The translations under genes were made by a program, and so were the position numbers. A stretch of DNA of 59,430 nt, counting the filler, from Sphacelaria rigidula (taxonomy: Eukaryota): assembly GCA_964200075.2 (NCBI GenBank). It is 4 parts of 4 records of this genome, joined end to end, with 100 filler letters (N's around TTAATTAATTAA, not from the genome) between each part and the next. Parts side by side here need not be neighbours in the genome. Positions count along the whole stretch, not along the records: positions 29,771 to 44,550 come from CAXNAA020002050.1; positions 44,651 to 59,430 come from CAXNAA020002051.1; 2 more parts are not named here. One strand, 5' to 3'. This document shows, in pieces, positions 36,601-47,146 of this stretch (position 1 is its first letter; every line of letters starts with the position of its first letter). Under the pieces are notes generated by a model. That model saw only the letters and a program-made list of their open reading frames with translations, was not told the DNA's origin and made no database searches.

Positions 36601-37441
36601 GTGGTATTTAATACATGTTGGGACAAGTCTCAGCGAAAGCTTCGAGCGGGAATCATCAAATTCGAAATGCTCCCCACAGTGATTAGTTGTGGTGAATCTT
36701 TCATGACGTCGGGATCATCGTACTGTCATCGGACAGGTTCACCCTGGCAGGAGATGCCGTGATGGGGATTGGGGTGGAGAGCACGCAGCTACTGGAAGTC
36801 GCTCTCGAGCTTGGTCGACCCACGGAGCTCTTCCTCCACAACCGCGGTCTCGCGACCGAGGTTGGGGGCCGAATGGAAAGGGCCTTCCGAAAGGCCTTCA
36901 TGTCGGGGATGTTCAAGGCAAGCCCCCGAAAAACCGAATGATTGCCCGAGGTATCGCGATCCTTATTCCGCGTCTTTGGCCGATGCGCAGGCACGGAATC
37001 GGATTTGATTACTCGCGACTAATATCTGATGTGCCAGATGAAGCTCACACCAATGATCCCGACCTCGCGTGTGTTCATGCGTCACCTTTGCCAGCAGTAT
37101 GATATCAGCGGCGAGGTGTACGTGGGGCCGACGCTGCTCCCATCAGCGCTGCCCGCAGACACAACGCCGGCAGGATTGCTGGTTCGGGGTCCGGGAGACA
37201 CGACCGAAAAGATCATGACGGGTGCTGCACAGACTTTCGGCTACAAGCTGGAGGTGAGAACAGCGCTGCATGTGGGGCGATAAGGACACTGTGACCCCGT
37301 AGTCCTCTTTTCCTTCGCCTCTTACCGCCGTTTGCGTCCTGATATGTACGTGAGTGTCACATGATTTGAAGGGATGTCGGGGGTGTACGAGAAAAGAACA
37401 AAAACGAACACCTGTGAACCCTCCACCCCCCTACCCGAACG

Positions 37442-37796
37442 AAACGACTAAGGCAATCAACAGATGAGTAGCCCCCCCCCCCCTACCCGAACGGGACGTG
37501 GTAAAGGGGGAAATCCGGGACGTGAGCAAAGGCGGTATGCGATCGTATGATGCATTAGACAATAGTGAGAAAACGATGGCTCTCCTAGGAGGTAGATGGT
37601 GGCCAAAGACGGTGAAACAGAACGGGGATGCAAAAGGTTCTGGTCCAATACGTGGAAAAAGGTGGTGAGCTCGTGAAGGAACGTGATGAGCGCAAAAATA
37701 TTGGAGGGTGTCTATTAGGAGTAGGAACGGTGCTCCGTCTCGAAAAATATGCGTGGTCAATGGTCAAACGACTGAGGCAAGCAACAAACGAGTACG
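37442..37796 (+). mobile_element. Two nested poly-C-associated LINE 3' fragments (copy C 37442-37471; copy D ~37489-37796)
   Basis: Both end gagta(c)g followed by a C-run. TSDs cccccctacccgaacg and ccccctaccc. Copy D encodes a decayed ORF end: DALDNSEKTMALLGGRWWP...RNGAPSRK.CVVNGQTT.ASNK. Confidence 0.8.
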
Positions 37797-39624
37797 CCCC
37801 TCCCCCTACCCCCCGAGAGGTCCAAAAACAAAAATGGGACATAGGTGCGCGTTTTGTTTTTTCGTGCACCGTTGGAGATGTAGTTTTTTCTTGCTGCGTG
37901 GAATAGAGTTCTTGCTGCGTGAAATAGAGTTCTCTTTCCCTCCCGCTTCACCGCACTTCATGAAAAAACAGAGTTTTTCGGGTCCATTTATGGGCGCGTC
38001 CACATCGCGATGCCCGGGGGACATGTGGTTTCGGGAACAACTACACATCCGTGGTTTTGAGACCCCTGTCGAGCACTGATTCCAACTACCGCCCCTCCTC
38101 CGTATCCCGAACTGGCTTTCTCATGTTTGTTGCCGCTGGCCGTCTCTACCTTGTCCACCGTTGATTTCGGTCGCAGCGTTCGACGTTCAATCAGGAGAAC
38201 GAGCTGTTCCTCATCACGAAGCCTGGCCAGCAGAAGATCGTATACCCTGAAATTCCCTTGTGGGGAAAGTACAGGGTATACACCACGCCCAGAGAGGCTG
38301 TATATTCGATACCTCAAGAAATCCTGGATCAGCAATGTACTCGCATGGTATTGATCGCATCCAACAGACAAATCAGGCGCCTCGTAGAGCCCGGCAGGGA
38401 AGCCTGCCAGCCGGAAGCGGCCCTGTATTTGGAGGTCTCAGACACTTGCCCATTCTACCACTTGGAAAGGGATACGGGCGGGGAGGGGGTTGTGATGGGG
38501 ATCAGGTCGAAAATACCGCACAATGGCCTCAGAGACTCGTACATTACCGCTGCGATAGGCGGCGCAAATGGCACGCAGCATGCTGTAATAGCCAGTGTGC
38601 AAGAGAGTCGAGAGAGGAAAGGGAGGCTCGCCGCGAAGCAGCCTATCGCGGTCACTCCCGGGGATTTGGTCGTAGGTGGGCCGGGATTCGAGCAAAGGTG
38701 GCTGAAGGTCAGACCCGACACGGATCGAGAGAGGTTGGAGGACGAGGTGGCCCCCGATGATGATGACGATGACTGTAATACTGGAAGTGGCGGCGATGGC
38801 AATGATGGTGGTGGTTGCAATAGCAATAGTGATGACGCTGAAGTCTCGAGTTGCAGTCGCGCAGTTGGAGAGTGAAAGCAAAAAGTTCACATACAGGTCG
38901 GGATGCGGACGCAAACGTACAGTTCAGGGCGGGGTCGAGATCCTGCCATGTAGTATGATGCGGTGTTGCGATGGTGTCTATGACGGGACGGTACGAAGCG
39001 ATATTGAGGTGGATGTCAACGATTTCTCTTTCGGCTGAGACATTGCCGCCTCATATATGCTCGAACCGGATTGGAAAGCTCGACGGGTATTTGCAGTACG
39101 GTTGAGTCGTGAAATAAAATATCAATGTTGTGCATCGGCCGTCAAAGAAGGAGAATATTCACGCTTTTTCATGCCCCATTCTTCATGAAAGCTCAATCAT
39201 CCGCTCGGCACATCACTGCGTTGGCAGTGATATCCCCGCAGCACATCACTGACGAGCAACTTGACGACCGAGATTTTTGTCTGGACGCGAGCCTCGAGAC
39301 AAACAGGAGCGAGAACATCGTCGACATTTAAACACACGTTGTTATGGTCCGTCGCCCGCAGCTAACCAGGGATCGGCAGCATGTGCAACCACGGACGCAC
39401 TTCCCACTTCTCCCCAAAATTACACATGAGTAGCGTCGTGCGGTACTCTTGAGGGCTTCTTGATATCCAACGGCTAGGGTCTTCAAACCTCATTTCATTG
39501 ACGAACCTCATTTTATAAAATATCCTCTTAGATGATGAAGCACCCAGCGGGGAGGGAAGTTGAAAACGGAGATGTAACTTCATCAAAAACGACATGAGGC
39601 TGTCTACCCACGCAAGCAAACACT

Positions 39625-40172
39625 AGATGTTATATTTCACAGCAAACTCTTGCATCGGTATCTTCAGTTTCACTCAAAAACAGGAACATAAAAGCGACAC
39701 GGACCGTGGAGTCGAACCCGACCCGACGCCACCACAACATCGGCGTCAGCCACGAACCCCTGCCCCCTCCCCTCCACCTTCTATCCCCATGAAAACGCAA
39801 TTTGTACTTCTACATCAGAGACACAATATCGATTACTTATCGATTTATGATACAAATCGCAAAAATAAAAAGCTTGATTCCCTCATGCTTGGTTGCACGT
39901 TTTCGAGCACGCAAAAGTTTGCTGATCTCGTCTGACACGAGTCGAGTTGCAACCAAACTAGGAACAAAGGCTACCCACCCACGCAGGCAAATATATGATG
40001 TACAGTTTACAGCAACGCCCCGCGTCAGTACTTCTAGTTCCACTCAGATACAGAAACATGGAAGCGACACAGCCCATGGAGTCGAGGCCAACAGAAGGCC
40101 AGTGCAACGTCGACGTCAGCAGCGACGAAAACGTTGCTACCAACGCCCTTCCCTCTCCCCCTCCGCCACTCT
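39625..40172. repeat. Diverged ~370-bp-period duplication in the hAT 3' region
   Basis: gatgt..atttcacagcaa...cactca.a.acag.aacat..aagcgacac...tggagtcga near 39626-39716 and 39997-40086. Confidence 0.6.
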
Positions 40173-40173
40173 G

Positions 40174-43100
40174 TTAGTCCTCCTTCATGTACATCTCATC
40201 AGCAGTAGGTGCCTCCCTGTTGTTCAGGACGTCGAATTCAGCTTCAGCGTCCACCAAGCCAGACTCATGTCCTTTGAACCGCGCGGGAATACATGAACGG
40301 ATATCTTTAGCGGCGATCCTGGGAATGTCTCCGTACGCAGGAATGTGCTCGTAGTTGGCCTTTAGGAACATAACGATCTCCACCCAGTATTTGCCAATCC
40401 GACTCTGGTTCGTGACAAGCAGGTTACCGTAAGCACTGGAGTCACGCTCAACCTGCGCAGCGGCAGTCCGACTGCCAAACACCTGCTGCGCGACTGGCGC
40501 GAGGTAGGGGTACTTGACCTTGCCTTTTTTCCTCCACCAGGGCAACACGGCCTTGCACTCCAACTGTACAAAAAACGAACGGACAGGGAGGCAGTGATTG
40601 CATGTTGCACATAGCAAACAAACACAGCATAATGGCGAGGGATCTTTCATCAGATGAGGCTCATCGACTACCGCTCATTTACTGATCCCCGAGGGACCTA
40701 CCCAAGGTGTATTAAATGTAAACGTTTACACAGAAAAGTGGAAGCAGAAAAAAAGAATCAGAGGGAACTGGAGCAACAACGACAAAAACAGGCAGGAAAG
40801 GAGGGGGAACAGAGCAGAACTTCCGAAAACAACAGAAAAAAACAGGAAAGGCCAGCCTCAGCAGCATGGCTTCAGGTAAGGAGGCAGTCCGCAAAACAAA
40901 GCGTCGTGCGAAGCATTGTACATCACGACAACCTAATCGTCCCCCCTCTGTAAACGTGCTCCAGCGGTCGTCCGTCACCCTCGCAACCGCACTTGGAATT
41001 ACACTGATCTCGCTCGTGTCCATGTACAGCGCTTGATGGCGCGCGATCTCATCTTCACAGCCCGCTCCAACAGGTTGTCCTCCTTGCGGCCCTCCTCGTC
41101 GCCTTCTTCAGCACCGCCAACGATGGGACTCCTGCCGAAGGAAGAAACGTTACTGCGGGTGAGAGTGCGTGAGCCGGGTCTACAAATGCATAAAACACGA
41201 GATCTTACAAATCGGGGATGGGTCTTTTATTGGGGATGAGAAACCCGGATAATGAAAGCTTTCGTATTCACACCACATCTTCGAAGTATGGTTCCACTTC
41301 TTCACCTAATGATAGCTATTGACAACTGCTACACGCAATAGAAATTTGGATTCTAATCGCCGAAATGTTGGGGTCCTAGGTGAAAAACCAATTTTGAAGA
41401 ATTTCGGGTGTCCGAACGGACGCCATAAATGGTTCCGAAATTGTTTTTTTTGCTAGAACCCCAACATTTCGGTGATCGAAATCCAAATTTCTTTGGCGTG
41501 TAGCAGTTGGGACGCCAAAATGGTTCCGAAATCATTTTAACTAGGACCCCAACATTTCGGTGATCAAATTCCAAATTTCTATGGCGTTTAGCAGTTGTCA
41601 ATAGCTATCAGTAGGTGAAGAAATTGAACTATATTTCGAAGATTTGGTATACATACGAAGATTTTCATTATCCGGGTTTCTTATTCCCAATGAAATATCC
41701 ATCCCCAATTTGTAAGATGCCGTGTTATAAGCGCTTGAGTGACTGTTGGCCTGCGGGGCCGGCCGATGCAGCGTGCAACTGCAGCTCTGTCGCAGCGTTC
41801 ATGGCCCTCGTTTTGATGTCGATCCAGCAGTGGGCACGTTTGGTCAATACCTCCTTGTTCGACGCAGGGATCAAGCCAGCTTTGTCGCTGGGCAGGACAC
41901 CCCTGTCATTTTCAGTCAGTCGGACGGCCTCAAGGTATGAACCGTTGTTGTACGGTGGGGTGAGAAGCACGGCGGCATCGCGGTAAGGGAAAGGATCGGG
42001 GGAGGTCGTGCCCCACACCCGCCCGTACAGCCGCGAAACAAGGGTTCTGCTGAGCTCTTCCCGGGTATTGATGGCAACGCCATGCAAGTTGTCCGGCGAA
42101 AATATCTTCGAGGGTAGCGGTGCTTTGTCCCCGTTCCGCCCCTGGCGTCCCTGCTCAGCTTCCGGGGAACCCGGAGCGAGGGGGAGGTCGAACACTCTGA
42201 GCGGCTTCGTGGGGTCGAGCACCTCCACCTTCAATTCAGCGAAGGCCATGTGTACCTCTACAGTCATCGGCACGTCGCCCTGCTGGTCGTCACGCGTAAT
42301 GGCAGAATGGGGTTGCTGCAGCGAGTACAGCTGCAGGATGGCGTCCTTGTTGCTGCCTCTGTCAAGAGGGTACTCCCCGCCTTCGTCGACGTGGAGCTTC
42401 CTGAGCACGTGCCACAAGCGGATAATGCGCTCCAAGATGCGAACCAGACTCAGCCATCGCTGGGGCGCATGCTTGGTGATCTTGAAAATCTCGTTCAGCA
42501 TCTCGAGCTGAAGCTCCTCGAATCTCTGCTTGAACGTGCTGGACTGATTCACCCTCGCAGCGGACTTGATGACGAGCTTGATGACGTCGCGCGCGGCCGG
42601 TTTCTTGGACTTTTGAGGGTCGGCCCAGGTACCAAAGGCGTTTTCGGCGGCCTTGTCGGTCAAGTGGCAGGTGCACCAATCCCATGGGATGCCTTGCTTC
42701 CTCGAGAGGATGTTGGTGCATATGGCCTTGACGTCGGGGCCACTGTTCGTTGTCCCACCAGCAATATCGGGAAGCATTATCCCGTACTCCGCTAGCGTCG
42801 CCTTGAAAATGGTGAACAGGATTTCGTTGACCCTTTCCGCTTATTGTACCTCCGCCGAAGGGGCGTAGTGCTTGACCTGTACAGAAGAGTATAAACGACA
42901 AACAAGGACCAAAGGACAGCGAGATGAAACGGCCGTCACGATTTGAACATCACTACCAACTTCTATCAGAAGCAGAGTAGGGTTGCACGCCAGAGGGGGG
43001 AGGCGACGAAGCAATATCATCCAATTTTATAACGGCAGTCATCTCGAAAACTGGAGAGGGTGCCGTGGAAAATATAAATATATTTTCCAAAAAGGAAAGG

Positions 43101-43640
43101 CGCGAGGGGTGCGCGAGGGGGGGGGGTACAACAAAACAGCACGAGCGGGTGATAACACAAGCTATTGATGTATTCTATACTCGGCATAAAACCTTTCTGG
43201 CAAACCGTTATCCTATGCATTTTCAGAGCTCACCCAACAACAGTAGATGTATATTATACTCGAGGTTCCCAGTACACTTAGCAGTGATTCACTGCCAAGT
43301 GTATTTCATTTACTGATCCACCGCTACGGATCCAACCCAGGGATATTCTGAGCCCCAAAACGGTGAGGCTGGGGGCCTGCTCGAAATTGAAGTACTGACG
43401 CAATTCGTTTTCATCCGCGAGGTCTGTGGGGGGTATACCCACACCAAGAAGAACGTCTCGGAGATTTAAGTTGCGGTTCACATAGAATCCGTGGATGCCA
43501 AGACATTTGCGCGCAGACACCTTGCAAGCCCACAGATCAAGCCCGTGGTGAAAGATGGCCAGCGGTGCCGCCCGGATATCTTCCAGCATGTTCCCAACCA
43601 CGACCTGCAGGGCATCAGTTGCCGTAATACCGGTAGTCTA
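40174..43640 (-). pseudogene. hAT-superfamily transposase, spliced and degenerate
   Basis: LDLWACK..LGIHGFYV (first Asp), TTNSGPDV, WCTCHL (CxxH), QRWLSL..ILERI, and the dimerisation domain LPWW...KYPYLAPVAQQVFG..AAAQVERDSS. A TIR-like tagggtcttcaaac lies near 39475. Confidence 0.88.
41194..41726. mobile_element. Long-TIR non-autonomous DNA transposon inserted in the hAT ORF
   Basis: aacacgagatcttacaaatcggggatgg ... ccatccccaatttgtaagatgccgtgtt, ~190-bp inverted arms, ATAA TSD. Removal restores LKRL-CICRPGSR. Confidence 0.85.
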
Positions 43641-44489
43641 CATACCTTTGATATTCTAGCGGTTCTTTCGGTGTTTTTGCACTTGCCCGGGAATTCGAAG
43701 AGGCTATGTTGGCACTGTGAATTAAACTGCAAGTCGAATAACACGTGGAACTCCCGTTTGACAGACGCTCCTCTTTTGCATGTGTTTCGGCGCATTTGTC
43801 AATATGCAATGAAAATCACAGAATATGAAAGAGCAGTGACTCACGGACCAAATCTTCCTCACTGAGCAGAGCGGATTTCGCGCCCGGTAAGATATGCGAG
43901 AAGGAAGACGGCCCGCTCACCACATTTTCGACAACAAGTGATTGCTCCGCGGAGCATATATACTCCGTGAGTAACACTCAACATGTCCCGCTTCGTCCGG
44001 GTTTTAAGGAGCGACATGCCGATGACAAAATGAACCGAAACGACGCGAAAATGAGAAAATTCTTAGTATGCCGCACTGACCGTTGTTCACGGCTGTACAA
44101 GCTGGGTCAGCCGAGGACATGATTCTTGGCTTGATCACCATTTCGCGGCTGCGTGTCAAGAATCAGGAGTTGGATTGACACGATAAACACACATTATCAA
44201 CGCGTGGGAAGTGACCCGACTTCCCAGGAAAAGAGGAAAAATATCTAACAATTCTGGCCGCTCCGTAAGGCGGACCAGAATGTGAATACGGGAAAGTGTT
44301 TTTTTTAGCTTTTACGTCGTTGTATGCCCTAAAAAAAGCGAGCTACGCGATATTTGACATCCTTGAATGCTTTGCTGTCCTCATTGACGCGATTCCAGCA
44401 CACCTGGGCGTTTTTCCGAGAAAGATACTGTGTTGGTAAAAAAATACTGCGACCACTTCTCAAGCCATCCCCACGAGTATGTTATACAA

Positions 44490-44518
44490 GTTATATTATA
44501 ATTATTACAATTATTATA

Positions 44519-44550
<32 letters not shown>
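44490..44550. repeat. (TAT)n microsatellite at contig end
   Basis: Direct reading. Confidence 0.9.
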
Positions 44551-44650
44551 NNNNNNNNNNNNNNNNNNNNNNNNNNNNNNNNNNNNNNNNNNNNTTAATT
44601 AATTAANNNNNNNNNNNNNNNNNNNNNNNNNNNNNNNNNNNNNNNNNNNN
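44551..44650. other. Artificial contig linker
   Basis: N44-TTAATTAATTAA-N44. Confidence 0.97.
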
Positions 44651-47146
44651 AGGCTACGTGTACCTGGGTTGCAACGCTGAAACAAAGCCTAGGGATTGCT
44701 TCGTCACGAGTCGACTCATCATACTATAACCGAGTAATTTTCAGACGAATCATTATGTGTTCGACCCTTGTAATACTTTGATAATTACAGCCTGGGGGAC
44801 CATCTGGAAACTTGGATCTTCTGTCATACATAACCCCCGAAATCATGGGTGAGCTTGTTTTCAAAGCTTTAGCCAGAAACTTTCAGAAGAGGGAAATATT
44901 TGCGGTCAAGGAGTTGTGGGATGCCCCGCAATCCGAATCCCTTTCCCCATTTCGAATTTCGGATCGGTATGGCGTTATGCATTTTGTCGGACTCCGCAAT
45001 ATTGCTCAAGTCCTCGACTTCGAATCCTTGATATTTCTGGTATAGTAGTCGGTGATCACAGGTGTGAAACCAGCCCGCCCACGATAATGGGAGTGATGGA
45101 TCAGCGGAGACCTTAATGCTCAGAATGGATTACAGGTGATCCCAATACACCTACATATTCCAATGTGCACATGGCAACTGCACAACTCTCCACTTTCACA
45201 GGCCTTGTCCATTGCCAGCAGTACGGTCAAGGCTGGGAAGGGTGAAGGCGGTGCCGCGGGTGATGACGGCCTTGGACGGGGTAGTGCGGCCACCGCTGGG
45301 CGAAGTGGTGGTGGAGGCGTCCGGAGGTCACGGTCACGGAAGGTGAACAAGATGCGTGCTGCCATGGTATCGGTATTACTCCCAGTCTTCTGGGGACTCG
45401 AATCGGTTCAGCGGGGCTCGAAGCCGGATGAGAGTCCATGCCTTAACTGCTGGAACGACGCGACCGATACACCCTGGCTTGCTGGTAGCAACTGAGTACT
45501 TGTTCGATCTGTATTTTTCGATAGGCGTGCTCAGCCTTCGAAGATACTCTGTTTGCTATTGGCATCCTTCCTCCCCACACTTTGAGGTAGTATCAACGGG
45601 TCTACCTTTTGTCTCGGAAAATCTCCGACTTCGTGGGGAAAAGAGTTTTTTCTCCGAAAAATATGAGAGCGGATAAGCAGGTCAGGCAATATATCAATTG
45701 AAGATTGACTACGAATGTGCCCAAAAATCCAGTGTCGGAACTTATTTTAATGAGCAACTTGTACTATGTGGGGAAATTGGAAATGAAATCACATTTTTTC
45801 GGGAAAGCTGAGCAAAGTCTGAAAACATTGCCCCGTTAACAAGACGGACCCCTTAGCCCCAAGGCTCACCTTTCGCCTCTTTCTCCACCTTGTGTGTGCC
45901 CGGTACTCGCGGACCACTCTCTGCTGTCGCGCTTTTGTTGACGGTACAATAGGCCCCTGCAGCGAGACTTCCGCCCACACTGCGGACGAAAGCCGTAGAG
46001 TGGAATGAGACGCACCATACAGTAGGACGTTTCAAGCATCCCAGTAAGCAAGCCTTCGTTCGCTATTTGGAATCGACCTACTGTTGTGAGTGCCGAGACA
46101 GCGCAGTGTCCAGGGTATCCGCACACGCCTAGAAAGGCTCGTGCTACATGAAACGATACAATCATATCAACAACGTGCAAAGTGTACAGCGGTACATCTT
46201 GACTGACCGATGCTCCGCCCCTCTCGCCGCTGTATATTGCAGGTCTCCAAGGAAGGTGTTGGCGGTGTCAGCACAGACAAGGCACCGCGCGGTGGTCCGA
46301 GAGGGGCCGGTAGAGGACCGTGCCGCGGTTCTTCAAGAGGGTCCGGGAGTGGCCAACGGGAGTTAGGCAATGCGGCTACGGGAGTCGGAGGACTGGATTG
46401 CGATGGGCCCGGGGTAAAGGTACGGGACATTGCGCCTTGTAACGTATGGCGTGGTGCTGATCTGCAACACGCGAGACGCTGTTGATGGGCCACATCTTTC
46501 TTCAGACGGGTTTATTTTTACTGTCCGTTTCGTGTTTGGTACACTATGTGTTATTATGTTGCTCTTGTTTCGTGCGCGACTTGTGTCAATTTATTTGTCT
46601 TGATGTAGTTGGCTGTGTATCCCTCTCTGCCTCCTTGATACCTCGTTTTGTTTGAAAGTGACGACAGTATTACAAGCCATCTCTTGCCTCGAGACGGGGG
46701 ATGTTTGCCGTCGTGGCGTACGTAACCAAGTCACCTGTAGGGCAGAAAAGGTGGGCCTGAAAACTTGTGCAATAGCGAAAAAACCCTGCCCATCACGCCA
46801 AGTACAGCAGCTCTCGAAAATATTAGTCGTCCAAGAACTCATAGACGGGGAGCCAGGTAGGTTACAAGGTGACCAGGCCCGTGGAATTACACGCTCGTCC
46901 CAGTACCGATGCCTCTAGCGTCCGTGTATAGCTTGAATAACCAAGCGTTCCGGCAGGGTGGTGCACCGGGGTGACAAAGATGCCTGCTTTGGGGCAGTGA
47001 AAGCAGGGGTGTCCGCGGTACCTACGCTGATAGAGGGCAGGTAGTGTGACAATGGCCCCCCGGTGGTGTTTTTGAGTTGTTTTATAGGCCACTGTGTCTG
47101 GCCATCGAAGTCATTTGTCTACACTGCGAAGTAGTCTGATCGCTTT

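Larger units (their letters stand above)
32221..38875 (+). pseudogene. Degenerate multi-exon gene: unknown N-terminal region, acidic tract, PHD finger, beta-class N4/N6 DNA methyltransferase-like domain, SET-like domain
   Basis: Phase-compatible GT-AG joins 33039/33179, 33948/34221, 34447/34630, 36357/36737, 36950/37038, 37253/38177 (or 38195). In-frame stops at 35999 and 36939 and an exonic insertion indicate decay. Domain motifs are described in the findings. Confidence 0.65.
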
